64,000 nucleotides of DNA, taken from contig JAXLNO010000213.1 in NCBI GenBank assembly GCA_038087875.1, forward strand, positions 434,001 through 498,000, written 5' to 3'. Made by a program: the position numbers and the translations under genes. Below the pieces are notes generated by a model. That model did no database searches. It was not told the DNA's origin and saw nothing but the letters and a program-made list of their open reading frames with translations. The stretch is from Malacoraja senta (lineage: Eukaryota). Shown here piece after piece: positions 53,686 through 64,000 of the stretch (within the stretch, counting starts at the first letter, position 1; every line of letters begins with the position of its first letter).

Positions 53686-54877
53686 GTATTTCCACTGTTA
53701 GGACTGTCGCCAGTGTTGACGGGGAATATAATCGCAATAGATGCGTGAATGAAAGTAATGGTAATTTTACAATAAATTTACACGGCACAGTATTATATCA
53801 GATCACATAAAATATGGTGTACGCGGCAGGTGCAAATCTGTGATCTGTAAATGAAACGCGACGCCACGGCATTTCCTGGTAGCCGATAGTGAAATCAAAT
53901 GTCATCTGATAAGATGTAATGATGACTGAAAATGTAGCCGTGAATTTGTACGTCTTTAACTCATTTACGTTTCCTTTTATTAACACGAAATATGCATTCC
54001 TAACAGTAACAAATGCAGTTAATGCAACGAATTGCATCGGTGCAGTTAACTGCAGTTATTTTCATCATTTTATGTTTGACTGGAACGTTCCGGAGTAAAT
54101 CAATAAAATCAATTATTTTCACTTTATCGTTTCAATTCATCAAACATTCACCGCTCTTGTCCTATGACTCTCGGTAACATCTCGCCAGTTATAAATTGTA
54201 TAAATGTCTCATTTTCGCTATTGCTGTGTACAGACATTTTGTGTACCTTCGATTTTCCAGCATCTGCAGTTCCTTCTTAAACACATTGTGAGGATATCGG
54301 GACCGCCACACACGCACCTGAGATTCTGACCAGTGTCAGGCAGAGACGGGGCATTCCTTCAATGTTGATGAATAATATCCTTCACCTGGGTGTAAAGCAG
54401 TGGAGACATTCTGGCCAACGGCACCGCAGCCGGCGTCATTTTCCTCTGAACCCAGAGTATTTGTTGAAACCGAACGGCTCACGATATATGTGTGCGCAGA
54501 GGCGAATAGGAAGCGACGTCTATTACACATTTAAATGACGAGACGTTACCTGGTGTCACCGGATAGGATGGGTGTCCAGCTCATGAATTGAACCAATAAA
54601 GTAAATACAAAATATTTTATTGACTGCAGGAAGTTTCAAACAAAACATTAATGAAAGACATTAAATCATTTCAACCAACTGCAGCATTTGCTGTTGAAAA
54701 TGTACATTTCATCTGACCGAAACGAGGTATTACTGAGTTCAGGCCGTTAGAAACACGGCTATAGTCGTCTTTCAATCGATTGGAGGACAGGGAAATCTAA
54801 ACGCCACATATCTGCTAAGAATGGGGTATAAAAACAAGCTTATCTGGACGATTCATAACATAGATCCAATTACTTAC

Positions 54878-54977
54878 CAAGAATTCCAAGCACTGCTACA
54901 ATCGGGTAATAAATCATTTCTGCCTGGACCATGGAAGGCAGCAGAAAAAACGGATAATCGGTGAATATAACTTTCAT
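54878..54977 (-). CDS. GPR139-like: GPCR gene B, coding exon 1 (MKVIFTDYPFFLLPSMVQAEMIYYPIVAVLGIL)
   Basis: ATG at 54977-54975, 100 nt, G|GTAAGT donor. Paralogous to 4525-4624. Confidence 0.9.
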
Positions 54978-55189
54978 CCTGGGGAGTTGCGAGAGAGAAG
55001 CTCAATGTTCGACGCTGGAATGCAACTGACAGCGCGTTCTAGAGAAAGGCTTGATATCTTAGAGATAGTCTTCCCATGGGAACAGGAAGACGAAAACAAG
55101 AACATTAACATTACTTCATGGTATTTGAACATCGCATTAGCAATGCTTACAATTATGATTCCACCACACGATATTTAACCGCTAAATAA

Positions 55190-57020
55190 CGGGGTGGGGG
55201 TGCCAAATGGGATCGTCAAGGACGGATTTAAAGGGAAAGAAAGGGATAGTTAATGACCCCAGAATTAACGGAAAAGAAAGCTGACAAAGGGATAGGAGAG
55301 TATGGCTAAAAGTAATAGGGATCGATGTGAAAGGTGAGATGCGCAAGGAATTAAACGTCTTGTATATGAATGCGCGAAGTATAAGAAGTAAAGTAGATAA
55401 GTTTGAGGCTCAGTTAGAGGTTGGTAGATATGACATTGTGAGGATTACTGAGACGTGGCTGCAGGAGGATCGGGCCTGGGAACTTAATATTCAGAGTTAT
55501 ACACCATATAGAAATGATAGGCAGGTGGGCAGAGGAGGGGGTAGCTCTGCTTGTGAGGGATGGAATTCAGTCCCTTGCAAAGGAAGACATAGGGACTGAC
55601 GAGGCAGAGTCACTGTGGATTGAGTTGAGGAAATGTAAAGGCAAGAAGACACAAATTGGTGTTATCTGCAGACCCCCAAATAGTTGCCCGGATGTAACGT
55701 GTCAGTTGCAGCAGGAGTTAAATCTGGCATGTAACAAAGGTAATGCAACTGTGGTGATGGGGGATTCCAATATGCAGGTAGACTGGAAAATTCAGTTTGG
55801 TTCAGAACCCCAAGAAAGAGAGTTTGTAGAATGCCTCCGAGATGGATTCTTAGAGCAGTTTGTAAAGAAGCCGACCAGAGAAAAGGCAATTCTGGATTTA
55901 GTGTTGTCTAATAAACCAGATTTGATAAGAGAACTCGAGGTAAAGGAACCGCTTGGAGGCAGTGATCATAATATAATTAGTTTTAATCTGCAATTTGAGA
56001 AAGAGAAGGTTAAATCGGAAATGTCGGTGATGCAGTTGAACAAAGGGGACTATGAAGGCATGAGAGGAGAGCTGGCCAAGGTAGACTGGAAAGGGATGCT
56101 AGCAGGAATGACGGTGGAAAAGCAATGGCAGGAATTTCTGGGCATAATCCGGAAGACGCAGGATCATTTCATTCCAAAAGGGAAGAAAGATTCTGAGGGT
56201 GAGTAGGAGACAACCGTGGCTGGCAAGAGAAGTTAGGGATAGAATAAAACTAAAAGAAAAGGTCTATCACACTGCAAAGAGTAGCCGGAAGTCAGAAGAT
56301 TGGGAAACGTTCATAGGACAACAGAAGGAAACAAAACGTGCAATACGGGCTGAAAAGATGAAGTACGAGGGGAAGCTGGCCAGGAATATAAGGAAGGACA
56401 GTAAAACTACCTTAGATATGTTAAGGGAAAAAGAGTAGCAAAGTCAAATGAAGACAGACACGGGTGAAATTATTATGGGGAACAAGGAAATGACAGAAGA
56501 GTTGAACAGGTACTTCGAATCTGTCTTCACTAAGGACGACACAAGGAATCTCCCAGATGTAGTGGAGGACAGATCTAAGGGGTAGAGGAACTGAAATAAA
56601 TTTTCATTAACCGAGAAATAGTATTGGGTAGGCTAATGCCACTGAAGGATGATAAATACCCTGGGCCTGATGGTCTGCATCCCAGGACCCTCAGGGAGGT
56701 GGCACTAGAAATAGTGGACGTATTGGTGATCATTTTTTAATGTTCAATAGACTCAGGGTCAGTTCCTGTGGATTGGAGGATAGCTAATGTTATCCCACAG
56801 AGGGCAGTGGATGCCAAATCCCTGGATGGATTTAAGATATAGTTAGATAGATTTCTGGGGGCTAGTGGAATCAAGGAATATGGGGAGAAGGCAGGCACGA
56901 GTTATTTATTGGGGACGATCGGCTACGATCACAATGAATGGCGGTGCTGGCTCGAAGGGCCGAAGGGCCGAATGGCCTCCTCGTGCACCTATTTTCCATG
57001 TTTCTACGTATCTATGTTTC
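55190..57020 (+). mobile_element. CR1-type LINE, paralog of 4840-6665
   Basis: Same APE motifs (ITETWL, SDHN) and the same internal deletion. Confidence 0.88.
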
Positions 57021-59283
57021 AAAGCTTGTCCCATTTGTCAGCTTTTGAACTACATCTGCCCCAACATTTGTTCGCCATTTACCTTTCGGAATTAGTATGT
57101 TTTCGGAGTTGCTGCGGTAGCTGCTTCTACAATGGCATTTGACGAGGAGTCGTGTCTGCTTGGTAGGGCTGCGGGGTCTAGTGGAGTGGGACCTGTGTGT
57201 GGCGGAGGACCAGACGGTATCCGTGTAGAGGAGCAGGCGTGTCTGGCATGAGAGGCAGATTTAATTGAAGAGAGCCAGCCGTGTCTGGCAGTGGGACCGC
57301 CGTGTCAGGCAGAGGGCCCGCCGTGTCTGGCCGAAGGCTATGATGTGTGGAGGAGAGGCAGACGTGTCTGGTGGAAGGGCAGACAAATGTGGAGGAGAGG
57401 CTGATGTGTCTGGCGGAAGGACAGACAACTGTGGAGGAGAGGCTGACGTGTCTGGAGGAGAGTCGGACGTGTCTGACTGCTAGGGATAATTATTCGGCGG
57501 TGGGGCACGTGTTTGACGGATGGGGAAGGTGTCTAGCAGAGGGACATACGTGTCTGGAGAAGGGGGTCACTTGTCTGGCTGGATGACAGGCGTACCGTGT
57601 CTGGCGGGTGGGTATTAGGAAAAAACTTCTACGACGTATACAGCTTTGCTCCCGCACCTCCATAATATCCCAGAGTGAAGGTTCCCCTGCGATCCGCCAA
57701 TTCCTTCGTGGACACCACTCGCCCCCCCCCCCCCCCACTCCATCGCTCCGTGACTGAAGCGGCAGTGTGTCCAACGCGACGGGGCTTTCCCACCTGGGGA
57801 CGGGACGGTGCTGCAGTCTTTTCCAAGCAGGTGCCCGATTGAGGATGGGTTCACTCTCCCGATGTGAGCTGCTCTGGGACTGGGGATCGGCTGCTGCTGA
57901 GTCCTGCAGTGTATCGGAGTGGATTTTGTGTACACAGGGTTCCGGGTCCTTGGGGTTGAAATACCGTGGCTTGGTTTGGATTACACCGGTCCCCGGGTGC
58001 TGGAAAGGGAGTGTGGATTACACATGGTCCAGGACCTGCGGGACAGGTTACACAAATAACCAGGTCCCGAGACGGAATGTCGATTCCACAGGGTCGCGGG
58101 TGCAGGAAAGGTGGTGTGGATTACCTCTGGTCCAGGACCTGGGATGCTGATTAAACAAGGAGCCGGGTCCTGGGGCGGGATTGTGGATTACACAGGGTCC
58201 CGGGTGCTGGGGCGGGTGTATGTATTACACAGGGCCCAGGGTGCTGAAATGGTGGTGTGGATTACACATTGTCCTGGACCTGGGGTGTAGGTTTCACACC
58301 TAACCATGTCCAGAGACGGGAGTGTGGATTACAAAGGTCCCGGGTACTAGACCGGGTGTGGATTACACATGGTCCTCGATCTGGGATGCTGATTGCGCAA
58401 GGACCCGATTCAACGGTGTCCTGGATCCCGGGACTGTGGTTTGGAAAACACGTATTTCCAGTCTAGTCTGTGATGTTTGCACCGTGTCCTTGGACGAGGT
58501 TTATTCAGTACCCATGTCCCTGCACTGCCCAACGTCCTGGAATCTGGGGCGGGATCATAAACGATTCTGGGACGGAGGTTTTGGATCAAAAAGCAGCGCC
58601 CAGCTCGGTGGCGCGGATTCACTACGTCCTCGGACAAATCATATTGATTAGTAAGTAAGTAAGTAAGTTTATTGGCCAAGTATTCACATACAATAAATTT
58701 GCCTTGATGCTCCACCCACAAGTAACGATATGACCTACAGTGACAGTTACGAATGACTCAGAAAACACTAAATATTAATAATAATAAAACATTAATGCTA
58801 AAACACCATTGATCAAGCGTGTAAAACAACAAAATACCAGAGGCTACAGATTATTGGCTGTTGAGTAGAGCAACTACTCGTGGATAAAAACTGTTTTTAT
58901 GTCTGGCTGTGGCAGCGTTGACAGTCCGGAGTCGCCTTCCAGAGGGAAGTGATTCAAAGGGTTTGTGGCCAGAGTGAGAGGGGTCAGAGATGATCTTGCC
59001 CGCTCGCCTCCTGGCCCTTGAAGTGTACAGTTCATCAATGGAGGGAAGGTTACAAATGGTTATGGAGCACACAGTGTTCTGGGTCCTGGGTTGGGATCGT
59101 AGATTACACAGATTGATGTGGCGACGTGTGTGGATTGAAAGAAAACATCCTGAACTAAACAGTGTCCGCCTCCTGCACAGGAGTGTGGATTACACTGGGT
59201 CCAAGCAGTGCAGTGGCAGTGCATGTTACGCCGGGTCAGGGTTCTGTGTCCTGGGATTGCAGATGGTGTCACTGAATGCACAT

Positions 59284-60071
59284 AACCATATAACCATATA
59301 ACCATTACAGCACGGAAACAAGCCATCTTTCTTCTTTCTCCCCCCTAGTCCCATCTACCTGCACTCACACCATAACCCTCCATTCCTTTCCTGTCCATAT
59401 ACCCATCCAATCTTTTCTTAAAGGATAAAATCGAACCTGCTTCCACCACTTCCACTGGAAGCTCATTCCACACAGCTACCACTCTCTGAGTAAAGAAGTT
59501 CCCCCTAATGTTCCCCCTAAACTTGTGTCCCTTAATTCTCAAGTCATGTCCCCTTGTTTGAATCTTCCCTACTCTCAATGGGAAAAGCTTATCCACGTCA
59601 ACTCTGTCTAACCCGCTCATCATTTTAAAGACCACTATCAAGTCCCCCCTTAACCTTCTGCGCTCCAAAGAATAAAGAACTAACTTGTTCAACCTTTCTC
59701 TGTAACTTAGTTGCTGAAACCCAGGCAACATTCTAGTAAATCTCCTCTGTACTCTCTCTATTTTGTTGAAATCCTTCCTAAAATTGTACTCCCTACTCCA
59801 AAATTGGCCTCACCAATGCCTTGTGCAATTACAACATTACATCCCAACTTCTTTATTCAATGCTCTGATTTATAAATGCCAGCACACCAAAAGCTTTCCT
59901 TACCACCCTTTCTACATGATATTCCACCTTCAGGAACTATGGACAGTTATTCCTAGATCCCTCTGTTCAACTGCATTTCTCAATTCGATACCATTTACCA
60001 TGTATGTCCTATTTTGATTTATCCTGCCAAGATGTAGCCCCTCACATTTATCAGCATTAAACTCAGCATCA
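59284..60071 (-). mobile_element. CR1-type LINE 3' fragment found only in copy B, 6-bp TSD GCACAT
   Basis: LYSLERRRLRGDLI..FK..TRGH.L..FFTQRVVAVWNELP. GCACAT at 59278-59283 and 60072-60077; empty sites at ~9002 and ~20603. Confidence 0.88.
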
Positions 60072-60284
60072 GCACATGATTCTCAATCACGGGACGAGTT
60101 TTTAGGTTACACATGGCCCTGGGCTCTGGTGTGTCAATGAAAGTTTCAGGATCCTGGGATGTCGATAAAACAGAGCCCTGGGACGACGAGGTGTGGACCA
60201 GACTGAGACCCGGGCCGGAGATTTGTGGATTACACAGGGGTTGTGTCCCGGGTCGGCGGGTGTGGGTCACACAGGATCCTTAGA

Positions 60285-61027
60285 TGGGCGGTGGGTGTGG
60301 ATAACACAGTGTCCTGTGCGGTGGATGTGGATTAGACATTGTCCTGGACGGAGGATGAGGATAACGCAGTGTCGTGGGCGGTGGATGTGCAATACACAGT
60401 GTCGTGGGCGGGGGATATGGATTACACAGTGTCGTGGGCGGGAGATGTGGAATACACAGTGTCGTGGGCGAGGGATGTGGATTACACAGTGTCGTGGGCG
60501 GGGGATGTGGATTACACAGTGTACTGGGCGGGCGGGGATTGTGGATTACACAGTGTCCTGGGCGGGGGATGTGGATTACACAGTGTCCTGGGCGGGGGAT
60601 GTGGATTACACAGTGTCCTGGGCGGGCGGGGGATGTGGATTACACAGTGCCCTGGGCGGGCGGGGTATGTGGATTACACAGTGTCCTGGGCGGGCGGGGG
60701 ATGTGGTTTACACAATGTCGTGGGCGGGGGATGTGGATTACACAGTGTCCAGGGCGGGGGATGTGGATTACGCAGTGTCGTGGGCGGGGGATATGGATTG
60801 CACAGTGTCCAGGGCGGGGGATGTGGATTACACAATGTCGTGGGCGGGGGATGTGGATTACACAGTGTCGTGGGCGGGGTATGTGGATTACACAGTGTCC
60901 AGGGCGGGGGATGTGGATTACACAATGTCGTGGGCGGGCGGAGGATGTGGATTACATAGTGTCCTGGGCGGGCGGGGGATGTGGATTACACAGTGTCCTG
61001 GGCGGGCGGGGGATGTGGAATACACCC
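60285..61027 (+). repeat. Same 30/34-bp minisatellite
   Basis: About 23 units. Confidence 0.95.
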
Positions 61028-63479
61028 CAGCTCAGACAGAAGTGCGTCTAACCAAGCCGGAAGAAGCGCCTCAAACGTCCCTGCGGGATCTTTCTGCCGA
61101 AGCACTGGCACATTTGGTTCACTCCTGCCCCGTGAAGCCGAGATGCCTTGCCCCAAGCTCCCTTATAAGAATGCACTCTATTGTTCACTGCCCGCTCTAA
61201 TTTCAATGTAAAGTGTCAGATGTCCGTCCAAGCATTTTTAACACTCGTTTCATACTTTAATCTTTATTATTAAACAAAACCTTAGATTTACGTGACTGCG
61301 AAGCGATCCGCGTGGAGGGAAAATACAAGATTGGAGGTAAATAGGAGCTGCTCCATCCTGCCCGCCTGTCGACACGGTCTTTGTCGGTCTTTGCAGTTAT
61401 CAGATATTCTGCTTAACAGTTCCCCTTAGCCATCATCTGTCCAATATTCCACAATTTTCACCCTCAAGATATCAAATGCTATGGCCTCCCCCATGCATAG
61501 TTATGTCTCAAACTAAAATTACCTCCGGATCGAATTCATCTCCATCTGCGCTGTCTCGGGTAAGCAGTCACCAGAATAAAGGACTATATTCATTTCACCA
61601 GTTCTCAAGATCATAAATTATAGGAGTAGAATTGGGCCATTCGGCCCATTTAGTCTATTCCGGCATTCAATCGTGGCTGATCTCTACCTCCTAACCCCAT
61701 TTTCCTGCCTCCTCCCCATAACCATTGACACCCGTTCTAATCAAGAATTTGTCTATCGCTGCCTTTAAAATATCCACTAACTTCCTTTCCACACCCACAC
61801 TGCCTATGCCGTTCATTGTTCTGTAAGTTTCAATGAGGTTCCCGTCTCAACCTTCTAATCTCATACGAGTACATGCCCAGTGCTGTCAAACGCGTACCAT
61901 GTGCTAACCCACTCATTCCTGGAATAATTCCTGTAAACCTCCTATGGACCCTCTCCAGAGCCAGGACATCCTTCCTCAGATGTTCTGCACACATTTTCTC
62001 ACATTACTCCAAATGTGGGCCTGACCAGGGCCTTATGGATCCTCAGCATTACATCTCTGTTTTTGTATTCCAGTCCTCTTGGAATTTGCTTTCCTTGCAA
62101 ATGTACTTTTTGAGAGTCCCACACCAACACTGCAAGTCCCTTTGCACCTCCGATTTCTGGATTCTCTCTCCATTTAGAAAGTAATCTACGCCTTTATTAT
62201 TTTTACCAAAATGCATGACTCCGCACTCAGCTGTATTGAATCTCATCTGCCCACTCTCCCTACCTGTCCACGTTCTTGTGCGGAGTCCTTACTTCCACTG
62301 CACTGCCTGCCCTTCCAACAAGCTTAGCGTCATCTGCACACTTGGGCACAAAGATTTCAATCCACTTAGCCAAATCATTAATATACAACGTGAAGAAAAG
62401 CGGCCCCAGCAGCGACACTTGCAGAACTCCACTGGTCACAGGCTGACAACCTGAATAAGCGCTTTTATTGCAACTCTTTGCCTTCTGCCATCCAGCCGAC
62501 CCGCTATCCTTGCTAGTATCTTCCCTTCAGTACCATGGGATCTCATCTTCCCGAGCAGCCTGACGTGCGCACCAGTTCGAAGGCCTTCTGAAAAGCTATG
62601 TAATCTACATTTACAGCCTACCTTCTGGCTGTCCCGCTATGAACTTCCTCAAAGAACTACAGCGGATTCGTCAGGCAAGATCTTCCCTTCACAAAACCAT
62701 CCTGATTCGGCCCATTTCATCGTGAACTTCGAAGTAACCTCATCCTTTATATTGGCTCTATAATCTTATCTACCGTCGAAGTCAGGCTTACCGGCCTAGA
62801 GTTCCCGCTCTTCTACTCTGCTCCCTCCTTGTTCAGCGGTTTGATATTCGCAATTTTCCAACCTGCAGGAACTACTCCTAACTCTAATTATTCTAGAAAT
62901 ATCACAACAAATGCTTCCACAATCTCCGAGCCCACCTCCTTCAGAACCCTGGGGTGCAGTCCAACCGGTCCAGGCGACTTATCCACTCTCAGACCTTTCA
63001 GTTTTCCTCGCACATTCTCCTAAGTAATCACTACTCCGCTATCTTCCTCCCCTGACTCTCTGGGATTGCAGTCACTTCCTGGTGTCTTTCACTGTGAATA
63101 CTAATGCAAAAACCTTATTCAATTCCTCTGCCATTTGTTGATTTCCCGTTATCTTTTCCCCCGCATCATTCTCCAGCGGCCCAACGTCCAAACTTGCCTC
63201 TTGTTTACTCTTTATATATCCTTAGATACTCTTGCAATCATCTTTTATATTAAGAGAGAGTTGCATATAGCGCTTAGGGCTAACGGAATAAAGTGATATG
63301 TGCAGAAAGCAGGAACGGGGTATTGATTCTGGATGAAACGCCATGATCATATTCAATGGCGGTGCAGCCTCAAGGGGCCCAATAGCCTATCCTGCGTCTA
63401 TTTTCTATGTCTCTATTGGCTAGCTTACATTTGTGCTTCATCTTTCCTCTCCGCATTTAGACGAACGGTCCTTTTATAA

Positions 63480-64000
63480 GCGAAGAATATAGCTCAGATC
63501 TCCCAAATGACACCATCGCGGACAGAGCACGTATTTCAGCTGCTTTTCTTCAGTAACTAACATGCATCAGCACCATAACCCAGGAATCAGCACACATTCT
63601 CGACTCTATCCTCGACTTTCTGACCGACAGTGAGGATAGGTGTCAATACCTGCTGTGCATAAAATAAACGTTACCATTGGTTCGCCTGAGCGACGTGTTC
63701 TCAGTCCCCTGCAATATTTCCTAGACGCTCATGACTTGCGAGCAAGTTCGACTCGAGCCCCATCTATAAATTTGCAGATGAAGCCACTGTGGCGGGCCGG
63801 TTCAAGAACAATGACGGGACTAAATACAGGTGGGATATAGGGAAGTTGAAACATGGCACCAGGACAAAAACCTCGCCCTGAATACACGCAAGACTGAGGT
63901 GTTGATTATCAACTCCAGGAAGTATACTGGAGTACCTGCCCAAATCAGCATCAATTGTGCAGAAGAGTAAATGGTTGAGACATTCATGTTCCTTGGAGAT
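63480..64000 (+). mobile_element. Old Rex1-type RT fragment running off the window end (partial paralog 22650-22880)
   Basis: ILDFLTD..VRIG, VLSPLQYFL..HD, KFADEATV.G, NLALNTRKTEVLII. Confidence 0.7.

Overview
This is eukaryotic, repeat-rich vertebrate DNA. The mix of GPR139-like receptors with CR1, Rex1, Penelope, DIRS and Helitron repeats suggests a cartilaginous fish (skate/ray/shark); this is inferred, not proven. The only host genes I can support are three intact two-exon class-A GPCRs of the GPR139/GPR142-like type, all on the minus strand. Gene A is join 4624-4525,2796-1865 (343 aa), gene C is join 26972-26903,25185-24266 (329 aa) and gene B is join 54977-54878,52901-51970 (343 aa). 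The ORF track misses their first exons. A and B lie in a direct segmental duplication about 50.1 kb apart. A fourth, C-type copy appears to have been deleted and replaced by a CR1 fragment at 10.6-11.8 kb, and gene C sits between the arms of an inverted duplication. The rest is nested mobile DNA: CR1, Rex1/Babar, an L1-clade LINE, a Penelope element with a hammerhead-like motif, a structurally complete but decayed DIRS element, several Helitrons including a head-to-tail dimer, an Academ-like TIR element, and mini/microsatellites. The best candidate for an under-described system is the GPR139-like receptor array, which shows gene birth and death and extracellular-biased divergence. All comparisons were made by eye; no database searches were run.
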